Source: an uncultured Actinomycetota bacterium
GTDB taxonomy: Bacteria > Actinomycetota > Actinomycetes > Mycobacteriales > SCTD01
DNA: 64,000 bases
Direction: 5' to 3'
Assembly (NCBI GenBank): GCA_963762795.1
Contig: CAVXMC010000002.1
Location: forward strand, 765,951 to 829,950
The translations under genes were made by a program, and so were the position numbers. This document shows, in pieces, positions 9,477 to 19,036 of the stretch. The notes under the pieces were generated by a model. The model saw only the letters and a program-made list of their open reading frames with translations, did not search any database and had not been told where the DNA came from. Every line of letters begins with the position of its first letter. The stretch's first letter is position 1.

Positions 9477-10185
9477 GTGGACGCTGGTGCGCTCGTGCGT
9501 GAGGCCCGGGACCGCAGGCGATGGACGCAGCAGGTGCTGGCCGACCGTGCGGGGGTGCCGCAGTCGTTCGTCTCCCGGGTCGAAGCGCGGCCGGGTCGTG
9601 CCGTCGCTGCGGACGCTCGACGTGCTGCTCGAGGCGTGCGGGTGGCAGGTGGACGCCCGCCTCGTCCCGCTGGGGGCCGACCTCGACGCAGGGCTGGACC
9701 GGCTGGCTGCCCTCGACGTCCTGGAACGGCTCGGCACCTGCGAGCTCCTCGTGCCGAGCTTCGTGACGGAGCTCGCCGCGCTGGGCACCGTGCTGGTCGG
9801 CGGGTCCTGGGCCGCGGCCGTGCACGGCATCCCGACGCACGAGGGGACGCCGCTGCTGCTCAGCGCCGCGGACGACGAGGCGGTGGCGGCGCTCGCCGCT
9901 GTCCTGGCCCGGCGGATGGCGCTGCTCGTCGTCGAGGACGAGCCACGCGCGCTCTACGTGCGGCCGGGCAGCCTGCGGCGCAACCCGGACGCGTCGTGGG
10001 AGCTGCCGCTGGTCGGGCGGTTCCGGCTGCGGCTGCTGCGGGAGGGCGAGCCGTGGCCGACCGAGGTGCGGGTGGACACGGCGGAGGGGCCGCTGCGCGT
10101 CGTGCCGGTCGAGCAGCTCGGCGAGGAGGACGGCGTGCTCGTCCGCAGCGCGCGACGGTGGCGGGAGCGGAGAGCTCCTACTTGA
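9477..10185 (+). CDS. XRE-family helix-turn-helix protein with nucleotidyltransferase-like C-terminal domain (frame broken near 9585)
   Basis: A GTG at 9477, in the frame of ORF 8373..10508, gives VDAGALVREARDRRRWTQQVLADRAGVPQSFVSRVE. The continuation RGRVVPSLRTLDVLLEACG... lies in ORF 9052..10185. One extra base sits near 9581-9590. Confidence 0.6.
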
Positions 10186-11038
10186 GCAGGCGGGACAGGC
10201 GGCGGTCGGCGAGCGGCTTGCCGTCGGTCTGGCAGGTCGGGCAGTACTGCAGCGCCTTGTCGGCGAAGGACACCTCGCGGACCGTGTCGCCGCACCGCGG
10301 GCAGGGCAGCCCGGCGCGGCCGTGCACGTTGAGGCCGGCCTTCTTCTCCGCCTTGAGCGACGCGGCGGCCTGGCCGTCGGCGCGGGCGACCGCGGACCGC
10401 AGCACCTCGACGATCGCGGTGTGCAGCTTCTCGACGTCATCGGGCTGCAGGTTGCCGGCCGGCTTGAACGGCGACAGGCCGACCTCCCACAGCACCTCGT
10501 CGCTGTAGGCGTTGCCCAGGCCGGCGATGAGCGACTGGTCGGTGAGGAGCCCCTTCACCTGCCCCCGCTGCCCGGCGAGCAGGCCGGCGAACAGCTCCAG
10601 GGTGAACTCCGGCGACAGCGGGTCGACGCCGAGCCGCGCGATGCCCGGCACCTCGGAGGGGTCGCGGACGACGTACACCGCGAGGCCCTTGCGGGTGCCG
10701 GCCTCGGTCAGGTCGAAGCCCGACTCGTCGTCGAGGTGCACCCGCAGGCCGATCGGCCCCTTGCCCATGCGGGGCGGAGCGGGCGGCAGCTTCTCCCGCC
10801 ACTGCAGCCAGCCGGCGCGCGCCAGGTGGACGACGAGGTGGATGCCGTCGACGTCGAGGTCCAGGAACTTGCCGTGCCGCGTCGCGGACACCACCTGCAG
10901 ACCGGCGAGGGCGGTGGGCGGCGGGTCGTACGTCTTGAGGACGTGCATGCCGGGCACGTCGACGCGCGCGACCACCCGGCCGACCGCGCGGGTGCGCAGG
11001 AAGCTCACCAGCGCTTCGACCTCGGGCAGCTCAGGCAC
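10178..11038 (-). CDS. Fpg/Nei family DNA glycosylase / AP lyase
   Basis: This is ORF 10178..11074 with the start moved to the GTG that gives (M)PELPEVE, the catalytic N-terminal Pro-Glu. A C-terminal zinc finger CPRCGDTV...CPTCQ is present. Confidence 0.85.
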   Translation of the reverse strand: MPELPEVEALVSFLRTRAVGRVVARVDVPGMHVLKTYDPPPTALAGLQVVSATRHGKFLDLDVDGIHLVVHLARAGWLQWREKLPPAPPRMGKGPIGLRVHLDDESGFDLTEAGTRKGLAVYVVRDPSEVPGIARLGVDPLSPEFTLELFAGLLAGQRGQVKGLLTDQSLIAGLGNAYSDEVLWEVGLSPFKPAGNLQPDDVEKLHTAIVEVLRSAVARADGQAAASLKAEKKAGLNVHGRAGLPCPRCGDTVREVSFADKALQYCPTCQTDGKPLADRRLSRLLK

Positions 11039-11086
11039 GCGACGACTCTGGCCGACACGGGCGCCCGGGCGCAACCGACCGGGAGC

Positions 11087-12544
11087 TCAGCCCCGTCGCT
11101 CGTCGGTGCGCGGGAACGCGAGCAGCGGACCGAGCGGCTGGCTCGGCGGCAGCTGGATGACCGGGTCGGGGATCAGCCGGCGCTGCAGGACGCCGGGGAG
11201 ACCGGCGGCGTCGACCGGGCGGGAGAGCAGGAAGCCCTGGCCGGTCGGAGCACCGAGGGCCTGCAGCGCGATCAGCTGGTCCGGGGTCTCGATGCCCTCG
11301 GCGACGCAGTCCAGCCCGAGCTCGCGGGCGAGGGCCACGACCGCGCCGACGACGACGCTGTCGGCGTGCTCCACGGTCATCCCGGCGACGAACGAGCGGT
11401 CGACCTTGAGGAAGCTGACCGGCAGGTCGCGCAGCGACCGCAGCGAGGACCAGCCCGTGCCGAAGTCGTCGACGCCGACGGCGACGCCGAGGCGGCGCAG
11501 CCGCTGCAGGTGGCCCAGCGTCTGCGGCGTGGCCTCGAGCAGCGCCGTCTCGGTCAGCTCGAGCACCAGCGCGCTCGGCGGGACGCCCGCGTCGAAGGCC
11601 GCCGCCAGCACGACATCGGCGAAGTCGGGGCAGGCGACCTGACGCGCCGAGCAGTTGACCGACATGGTCAGCGGCAGCGGGGACGTCACCTGCCAGCGGA
11701 AGAGCTGGCGGCAGGCCTCGCGCAGCACCCAGGTGCCGAGGTCCACCACGAGGTCGGTCTGCTCCGCGACCGCGACGAACTCCGACGGGGGCAGCAGGCT
11801 GCCGTCGTCGTCGACCAGCCTGAGCAGTGCCTCTGCGCCGAGCACCTGGCCGCTGTCGAGGTCGACGATGGGCTGGTAGACGAGGCGCAGCCGCTCCTCC
11901 GGCAGGGCGCGGCGCAGCAGGCGCTCCACCCGGGCCCGGGCGACGGCCTCGGCATGCATGCCCGGGTCGGCGCTGAGCAGGCGGTCGCCACCCAGCACCC
12001 GGGCGCGGGCCGAGGCGGCCGCCGCCGACATGAGGACGTCGACCACGGAGTCACCCGCACGGCCGAGGGCCAGGCCGGCGCTCGCGGTCAGCAGCACGGC
12101 GACCGGCGCGCCGTCGCACTCGACGGTGTCCAAGGGGGCGCGCACAGCCGACAGCACGCGGTCGGCCAGCAGGTCCGCCTGCTCCGGTCCGTCGAGCCGG
12201 TCGACCAGCACGAGCAGGACACCGCCGCCGCGGGCGACGTGGCCGTTCGACCCGACCGCAGCCCGTACGCGCCGGGTCACCGTGCGGCGCACGTGCTCCG
12301 CGACGGCCAGCCCGCACAGGTCGTCGAGCGCCGGACCGCGGTCCAGGTCGACGTGCAGCAGGGCGACCTGCCGGCCGTGCGCGAGTGCCCAGCGGGCCCG
12401 TGCGGTGAGCCTCTCGACCGGTCGCACTCCTGCGCGCAGCCCCGCCCGGGAGCCGGCGAGGCTCCCTGCGAGACCGCCTGCGAGCGCACCGGCGATCCCG
12501 CCGGCGAGGCCACGTGACAGCGATCCGAGCAGCGTGTCCGCCAT
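11087..12544 (-). CDS. c-di-GMP phosphodiesterase, degenerate GGDEF + EAL domains
   Basis: These are the last 485 codons of ORF 11087..13393, starting at MADTLLGSL. EAL-domain motifs are present: YQPIVDL...GAEALLR...ELTE...DDFGTG...KVDRSF...EGIE. The upstream GGDEF-like region lacks a clear GG(D/E)EF motif. Confidence 0.8.
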   Translation of the reverse strand: MADTLLGSLSRGLAGGIAGALAGGLAGSLAGSRAGLRAGVRPVERLTARARWALAHGRQVALLHVDLDRGPALDDLCGLAVAEHVRRTVTRRVRAAVGSNGHVARGGGVLLVLVDRLDGPEQADLLADRVLSAVRAPLDTVECDGAPVAVLLTASAGLALGRAGDSVVDVLMSAAAASARARVLGGDRLLSADPGMHAEAVARARVERLLRRALPEERLRLVYQPIVDLDSGQVLGAEALLRLVDDDGSLLPPSEFVAVAEQTDLVVDLGTWVLREACRQLFRWQVTSPLPLTMSVNCSARQVACPDFADVVLAAAFDAGVPPSALVLELTETALLEATPQTLGHLQRLRRLGVAVGVDDFGTGWSSLRSLRDLPVSFLKVDRSFVAGMTVEHADSVVVGAVVALARELGLDCVAEGIETPDQLIALQALGAPTGQGFLLSRPVDAAGLPGVLQRRLIPDPVIQLPPSQPLGPLLAFPRTDERRG

Positions 12545-12685
12545 GGCCCTCCCTCCGACGTCGTGTGGGGGGACCATCGGGCCGCGTCGGATGCCCGTTA
12601 CGGGGCACTGATCGCCCGGACGGGTGATACGGGCGGCTCGCGAGATAGCGTCCGGCTGACGAGAACACGACGGACCGGGAGCCGC

Positions 12686-13985
12686 ATGAGCGTGACCGAG
12701 GGCGGCCCCGTCGCCCTGCTGACCGACCGCTACGAGCTCACGATGCTCGACGCGCTGCTCGCGGACCAGCCCGACGGCAGCCCGCTGGCCGAGCGCCAGG
12801 CGGTCTTCGAGGTCTTCACCCGTCGCCTGCCCGGCGGACGCCGCTTCGGCGTCGTCGCCGGGCAGGGCCGGCTCGCCGCGCTGCTGCCGCGGCCTGCGCT
12901 TCGGCGACGCGGAGATCGAGGCGCTGGAGGGCGTCATCTCCCCGCGCGCGTGCAGCTGGCTCGCCGGTCGCACCCCGTCGCCGGAGATCAGCGCGTACGC
13001 CGAGGGAGAGGTCTTCGTGCCGGGCAGCCCGGTGCTGACCGTGCAGGGGCTGCTCGGCGAGGGGCTGCTGCTCGAGACGCTCGCCCTGTCGGTGCTCAAC
13101 GCCGACAGCGCCATCGCGTCGGCCGCGGCGCGCATGGTGCTGGCCGCGCAGGGGCGCCCGCTGCTGGAGATGGGCGGACGGCGCACGCACGAGCAGGCGG
13201 CCGTGAGCGCGGCGCGCGCGGCGTACGTCGCGGGCTTCTCGTCGACCAGCAACCTGGAGGCGGGACGGCGGCACGGCGTGCCGACCGTCGGCACGAGCGC
13301 GCACGCGTTCACGCTGGCCCACGGCGACGAGAAGGCGGCGTTCCGCGCCCAGGTCGAGGCGCTGGGCGTCGGGACCACGCTGCTGGTCGACACCTACGAC
13401 ACCGAGCAGGGCCTGCGCAACGCCGTCGAGGTCGCCGGGACCGGGCTCGGCGCGGTGCGGCTGGACAGCGGCGAGCCGGCCGAGCAGGCCAGGGCGGCCC
13501 GCACGCTGCTCGACTCCCTCGGCGCGACCGGCACGCGCATCGTCACCACCGGCGACCTCGACGAGCACCGGATCGCCGAGCTGGCCGACGCCCCGGTCGA
13601 CGCCTACGGCGTGGGCACCAGCCTCGTGACGGGCAGCGGCGCACCGACCTGCGGCTTCGTCTACAAGCTGGTCGCCGTCGAGGGTGCGGACGGCCGTCTG
13701 CGCCCGGTGGCGAAGAAGTCGTCCGGCAAGGCGACCGTCGGAGGCCGCAAGTGGGCCTACCGCACAGCTGACGGTCGCGAGCTGCTGCTGCGCCGCGCCG
13801 ATGACGCGCCACCCGCGGGGGCACGTGCGCTGCAGGCACCGCTGCCTGCCGGCGACGACGTCGAGGCGGCTCGCCGGCACTGCGCCGAGGTGCTCGCCGC
13901 GCTCCCCGAGGAGGCGCGCCGGCTGGACGACGGGCCCCCGGCGTACGCCCTGGAGCTCGCCCCCGACCCGGAGGTCGTGACATGA
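12686..13985 (+). CDS. pncB: nicotinate phosphoribosyltransferase (frame broken near 12890)
   Basis: The N-terminus MSVTEGGPVALLTDRYELTMLDALL lies in ORF 12563..13771. The body (LRFGDAEIEALEG...GGRRTHE...GTSAHAF...LLVDTYD) lies in the frame of ORF 13017..13985. One extra base sits near 12885-12897. Confidence 0.85.
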
Positions 13986-14539
13986 CCCGTGCTCTGCTCG
14001 TCGTCGACGTCCAGGTGGACTTCTGCGAGGACGGCTCGCTGCCGGTCATCGGTGGCAAGGCCGTCGCGGCCGGGGTCGCCGACCTGCTGGAGGACCGGCG
14101 CGCGTCGTACGACGTCGTCGTCGCCAGCACCGACTGGCACCGCGACCCGGGTGCCCACTTCGGCGACCCGCCCGACTACGTCGACAGCTGGCCGGCGCAC
14201 TGCGTCGTCGGGACCGGCGGGGCGGAGCTGCAGGCGCCGCTGGCCGAGACGATGTTCGACGCGGTGGTGCGCAAGGGCGAGCACGCCGCGGCCTACTCCG
14301 CCTTCGAGGGCACGACCGACGACACCCCGCTGCGCGACTGGCTGCGGCAGCACGAGGTCACGACGCTCGACGTGTGCGGTGTCGCGACCGACCACTGCGT
14401 CCGGGCCAGCGTGCTGGACGCCTGCGCTGCCGGCCTGCCGGTGCGGGTGCTGCTCGACCTGTGCGCGGGCGTCGCGCCCGAGACGACGGCGGCCGCGCTC
14501 GAGGAGATGGAGCGGGCGGGCGCGCGCCTGGTCCGGTGA
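13982..14539 (+). CDS. pncA: nicotinamidase / pyrazinamidase (isochorismatase fold)
   Basis: The ORF-track gives 185 aa: MTRALLVVDVQVDFCEDGSL...HCV..T.GAEL...GVATDHCV. The start overlaps the pncB stop (ATGA). Confidence 0.85.
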   Translation: MTRALLVVDVQVDFCEDGSLPVIGGKAVAAGVADLLEDRRASYDVVVASTDWHRDPGAHFGDPPDYVDSWPAHCVVGTGGAELQAPLAETMFDAVVRKGEHAAAYSAFEGTTDDTPLRDWLRQHEVTTLDVCGVATDHCVRASVLDACAAGLPVRVLLDLCAGVAPETTAAALEEMERAGARLVR

Positions 14540-15279
14540 GCGGCCCGGCGGACGAGGAGGACGCCTTCCTCGCGTCGTACGACCCGGCGGCGTTCCCGCC
14601 GTTCGCCGTCACGGTGGACGTGGTGCTGCTGACCGTCCGGGACGACCGCTTCTCCGTGCTGCTCGTCGAGCGCGACACCCACCCGTTCCGCGGACGGCTC
14701 GCCCTGCCCGGCGGGTTCGTGCAGCCCGACGAGGACCTCGACGCCGCGGCCACCCGGCGGCTCGCGGCCGAGACGGGGGTGCGTCGCGATGCCGCGCACG
14801 TCGAGCAGCTCGGTGCCTTCGGCCGGCCGGGGCGCGACCCCCGCATGCGCGTGGTGTCGGTGTCCTACCTGGTGTTCGCTCCCGACCTGCCGGCGCCGGT
14901 GCCCGGCCGCCGGACCCGCTCGGTCGCCTGGGTGCCGGTCGCCGAGGTCGACCCCGCGCTGCTGGCGTTCGACCACGACCAGGTGCTGGCCGCCGGGGTG
15001 GAGCGGGCGCGGGCCAAGCTCGAGTACAGCCCGGTCGCCGCCGCGTTCTGCCGCGAGGAGTTCACGGTCGCCGAGCTGCGCCGCGTCTACGAGGCCGTGT
15101 GGGGGGTGCCGCTCGACCCGCGCAACTTCCACCGCAAGGTGACCGGCACGCCGGGCTTCCTCGTCCCGGTCGGCGCGCCGGCGCCGGTGGGTCCGGAGGG
15201 CGGTCGGCCGGCGGCGCTGTTCCGCCGGGGCAGCGCTCCCCTGCTCCACCCGGCGATGCTGCGGCCCGACCCGCGCTAG
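14536..15279 (+). CDS. nrtR: NrtR-type Nudix-related transcriptional regulator
   Basis: A GTG at residue 55 of ORF 14374..15279 overlaps the pncA stop (GTGA). The Nudix box is degenerate (GGFVQPDEDLDAAATRRLAAETGV). A C-terminal winged-helix-like segment (FTVAELRRVYEAVWG...DPRNFHRKV) follows. The gene sits in an NAD salvage operon. Confidence 0.7.
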   Translation: MSGPADEEDAFLASYDPAAFPPFAVTVDVVLLTVRDDRFSVLLVERDTHPFRGRLALPGGFVQPDEDLDAAATRRLAAETGVRRDAAHVEQLGAFGRPGRDPRMRVVSVSYLVFAPDLPAPVPGRRTRSVAWVPVAEVDPALLAFDHDQVLAAGVERARAKLEYSPVAAAFCREEFTVAELRRVYEAVWGVPLDPRNFHRKVTGTPGFLVPVGAPAPVGPEGGRPAALFRRGSAPLLHPAMLRPDPR

Positions 15280-15848
15280 TCCTCGTCGCCGAGGGCGGCC
15301 AGCGCCGCGTCGACGACGGCGTCGACGTCGGCGTCGGTGACCGCTCCGGCCCGCAGCCGCTGGGCGGCCTTCCAGCCGCCGAAGAACGCGCCGAGGGCGG
15401 CGTGGGCACGCAGTCGCCGGACCGGTGACGCACCGCCGCCGGCCAGCACCTCGGCCATCCGGACACCGAGCGCGTCCAGCTGCTCGTGGACCTCGCCCGC
15501 CGCCTGCGACACCGACGGGTCCTCCACCATGACCGACATGAGCGGTCCGAACTCGCGGACCAGGTCGCGCAGCGCCAGCAGCAGCGCCCGCGGGTCCGGA
15601 GGCGCTGCGGCGCGCCGGTCGAGCAGCTCCTCGGTGGAGCGGAGCAGCGGCTCGAGCAGCGCGAGCACGATCTGCTCCTTGGCGGAGAAGTGGTAGTGCA
15701 CCGCCGCCTTGGTGATGCCGAGCTCGTCGGCGATGTCGCGCACGGACGTCCCCGCGTAGCCGCGCTCGGCGAAGAGCTGCAGCGCCGTCTCGAGCAGCCG
15801 GGCCCGGGTGTCGCCCCGCTTGCGCAGGGTCGGCAGCGGCGCGGTCAT
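15276..15848 (-). CDS. TetR/AcrR family transcriptional regulator
   Basis: This is ORF 15276..15875 with the start at MTAPLP. The HTH reads RARLLETALQLFAERGYAGTSVRDIADELGITKAAVHYHF. The gene is divergent from the MMPL gene. Confidence 0.85.
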   Translation of the reverse strand: MTAPLPTLRKRGDTRARLLETALQLFAERGYAGTSVRDIADELGITKAAVHYHFSAKEQIVLALLEPLLRSTEELLDRRAAAPPDPRALLLALRDLVREFGPLMSVMVEDPSVSQAAGEVHEQLDALGVRMAEVLAGGGASPVRRLRAHAALGAFFGGWKAAQRLRAGAVTDADVDAVVDAALAALGDED

Positions 15849-15888
15849 CGCGTCCCCACCTCCTGTGACGTGCATCTCGGCCGTCTCA

Positions 15889-15910
15889 ACTTACTTGACG
15901 ACCGGTAAGT
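15889..15910. promoter_or_regulatory. candidate TetR operator (inverted repeat ACTTAC-N10-GTAAGT)
   Basis: This is a perfect 6-bp inverted repeat in the relatively AT-richer 109-bp spacer between the TetR start (15848) and the MMPL start (15958). Confidence 0.4.
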
Positions 15911-15957
15911 CTAGTCCTGATGCTGGGTGCTCGCCACCCCCTCGAGGAGCAGCACCC

Positions 15958-18176
15958 GTGCGTCGTCTCGCCCGCTTCAGCTTCCGCCGCCGCCGCTGGG
16001 TGCTGGCCGCCTGGCTGCTCGCCCTGCTCGTGGTCGGCGGTGCCCTCAGCGGCGTCGGCGCCGGCTACGACGACCAGTTCTCCCTGCCCGACACGGAGAG
16101 CACGCAGGCGCTGAAGCTGCTGCAGGAGGTGAGCCCGGCCGCCTCCGGCGACCAGGTCAGCGCCGTCGTGCACGTCGAGCAGGGGAAGGTCACCGACCCC
16201 GCGGTCAGGCAGCGCTTCACCGCCGCGCTCACGGCCGCGCAGGACCTCGGTCACGTCGCGACGATCACGTCGCCGTACGACCCGGCCGGCGCCGCGCAGG
16301 TCTCCCGCGACGGGCGCACCGCCTTCGCCACCGTCGTCCTCGACGGCCTCGTCCCCAACGACGTCACGCAGCCGCAGGTCGCCGACGTCGTCGAGGCGAT
16401 CACCGACGGGGCAGGCGACGGCGTGCAGATCGAGGTCACCGGCCCGGCCGCCATGGCGGCGCCGGAGCAGGGCCTCGCCGAGGTCATCGGCCTGGCGGCT
16501 GCGGCCGTCGTGCTGTTCCTCGTCTTCGGCTCGCTGCTCGGCATGGCCCTGCCGCTCATCACCGCCGTCCTGTCCATCGCGGTGTCGCGTCGCCGGCATC
16601 GGCCTGCTGGCCAACCTGTTCACCATCGCGACGTTCGCCCCGACCCTGTCGGTGCTGCTCGGCCTCGGCGTCGGCGTCGACTACGCGCTGTTCATCGTCA
16701 CGCGCTACCGCCAGGGCCTGCTCGAGGGCAGGTCGCCGGAGGAGGCGACGGTCACCGCCCTCGACACCAGCGGGCGCGCCGTGCTCTTCGCCGGCATCAC
16801 CGTCTGCATCGCCCTGCTCGGGCTGTTCGCCCTCGGCCTGTCCTTCCTGTACGGCGTCGCGATCGCGGCCTCCCTGGCCGTCGCCATGACCGTGCTGGCC
16901 AACCTCACCCTGCTGCCCGCGCTGCTCGGCTTCTTCGGCCGGCGCGTGCTTCCTCGACGCCTGCGCCAGGCGGCCCCCGGCGCCGTGCAGACGCAGCCGG
17001 CAACCGGTGGCTGGCACCGCTGGGCGGCGGTGCTCGACCGTCGTCCGAAGCTGCTCGCCCTGCTCGCGCTCGTCGTCATGCTGGCCATCAGCGCGCCGTT
17101 CCTGCACCTGCGCCTGGGCCTCACCGACCAGGGCAGCGACGCGGCGAGCTCGACCACGCGCAAGGGCTACGACCTGCTGGCGCAGGGCTTCGGGCCCGGC
17201 TTCAACGGCCCGCTGCTCGTCGTCACCGACCTGCGCGACAGCGCCGACCCGGCGCCGACCGCCGCCCTGCGCGCGGCCCTGGAGGAGGACCCCGACGTCG
17301 CCGCCGTCACCCCGACGGTGTTCCTCGGCGGCAGCACTCCCGGGTGCCCCGGCCGCCGGCGGTCTCGGGATCACGACGGTCTACCCGCGCAGCGCGCCGC
17401 AGGACGCCGCGACCAGCGACCTCGTGCACCGGCTGCGCGACGACCTCGTCCCGCCGGTCGAGCGCGGCACCGGCCAGCAGCTGCTGGTCGGCGGCAGCAC
17501 CGCCATCGGCGAGGACTTCAGCAGCGCCATCGCCGGCAAGCTGCCGCTGTTCGTCGGCGTCGTCGTGCTGCTGTCGTTCCTGCTGCTGACCGCCGTCTTC
17601 CGCAGCCTCGTCGTCGCCTCGGTCGCCGCGCTGATGAACCTGCTGTCGGCCGCCGCCGCGTTCGGCATGGTGGTGCTGGTCTTCCAGGACGGCGTCGGGC
17701 TGTCGCTGATCGGCGTGGACCGCACCGGCCCGATCCTCGCGTTCCTGCCGGTGATCCTGTTCGCGATCCTGTTCGGCCTGTCGATGGACTACGAGGTGTT
17801 CCTGCTCAGCCGGATCCACGAGGAGTGGCTGCACCGCAAGGACAACCGCGCTGCCGTCGTGCAGGGCCTGGCCGCGACGGGCCGGACCATCACGGCAGCG
17901 GCGGCCATCATGATCATGCTGTTCCTGGCGTTCGTGCTCGGCCCGGACCTGACCATCAAGCTGTTCGGCCTCGGCCTGGCCGCAGCCGTGCTCCTCGACG
18001 CGCTGGTGGTGCGCAGCGTCCTCGTCCCCGCCCTCATGCTGGTGCTCGGCGAGCGCAACTGGTACCTCCCGCGCTGGCTCGACCGGGTGCTCCCGCACCT
18101 GTCGGTCGAGGGCCCGGCGGAAACCCCCGACGACGACCTGCGGGCCGACGACGCCGCGGAGCCGGTCCGCGTCTGA
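15958..18176 (+). CDS. MMPL family RND-type transporter (two frame breaks, near 16588 and 17339)
   Basis: Three consecutive frames carry one continuous MMPL sequence. ORF 15808..17589 runs from VRRLARFSFRRRRWVLAAW to ...ITAVLSIAVS. ORF 16652..18352 covers GIGLLANLFTIATFAPT...YALFIVTRYR... ORF 17007..18176 covers ...GLGITTVYPRSAP...GLSMDYEVFLLSRIHEE... Each junction needs one base removed. Confidence 0.85.
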
Positions 18177-18181
18177 CCGCG

Positions 18182-19036
18182 CTACTCGGTACGGGCGAAG
18201 CGCTTCACGGCGACCGCCAGCAGCAGCGCGGCGGAGCAGGCGACGAGCAGCACCTGCACGCCGACCGGGACCGCCCAGTCGCCCCAGGTGATGCCCGGGT
18301 CGAGCTGCGCACGCGTCGCCGCGTCGACGTCGAGCCGGTCGAACACCGCTGACCGCAGCGGCTCCACCGCGTACGTCATGGGGTTGAGGTGGACCAGCAG
18401 GCTCAGCCAGCCCGGGAGACCCGACAGCGGGAAGAGCGCGCCGGACAGGAACATCAGCGGCGTGATGATGAGCTGCACCAGCGGCATGGCCGCCTGCACC
18501 TGCTTGACCCGCGCGGCGAGCACCAGCCCGAGCGCGGTGATGAGGAACGCCATGAGGAACAGCAGGCCGACCAGCTCGAGCATCATCAGCGGGTCGTAGG
18601 GGACGCCGACGAGACCGGCGAGCGCCAGGACGACGAGGCTCTGCAGCGTCGCGACGGTCGCGCCGCCGAGGCACTTGCCGAGCAGGATCGCCGCCGTGCT
18701 GACCGGCGCGACGAGCATCTCGCGCAGGAAGCCGAACTCGCGGTCCCAGACCATCGAGATGCCGGCGAAGGCCGCCGTGAAGAGCACGGAGGTCGCGAGC
18801 ACACCGGGGAACAGGAACGTCTTGAAGTCCAGGCCCCCGGTCGCCGGGCGCACCAGCGACGACAGCCCGCCGCCGAGGACGAAGAGGAACAGCACCGGCT
18901 GGGCGAGCGCCGACAGCACGCGCGAGCGGTCCTTGGAGAAGCGGATCATCTCGCGCTGCCAGACGACGAAGGCGGCGCGCGACTCGTGCGCGAGCCCGCC
19001 GGTCGGGACGCGGACCCCGATCACCGAGGCGGTCAC
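18182..19036 (-). CDS. ABC-2 type transporter permease (DrrB-like)
   Basis: These are the last 284 codons of ORF 18182..20389, from the GTG giving VTASVIGVRV. Several hydrophobic helices are present. The start overlaps the ATPase stop (GTGA). Confidence 0.8.
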   Translation of the reverse strand: MTASVIGVRVPTGGLAHESRAAFVVWQREMIRFSKDRSRVLSALAQPVLFLFVLGGGLSSLVRPATGGLDFKTFLFPGVLATSVLFTAAFAGISMVWDREFGFLREMLVAPVSTAAILLGKCLGGATVATLQSLVVLALAGLVGVPYDPLMMLELVGLLFLMAFLITALGLVLAARVKQVQAAMPLVQLIITPLMFLSGALFPLSGLPGWLSLLVHLNPMTYAVEPLRSAVFDRLDVDAATRAQLDPGITWGDWAVPVGVQVLLVACSAALLLAVAVKRFARTE

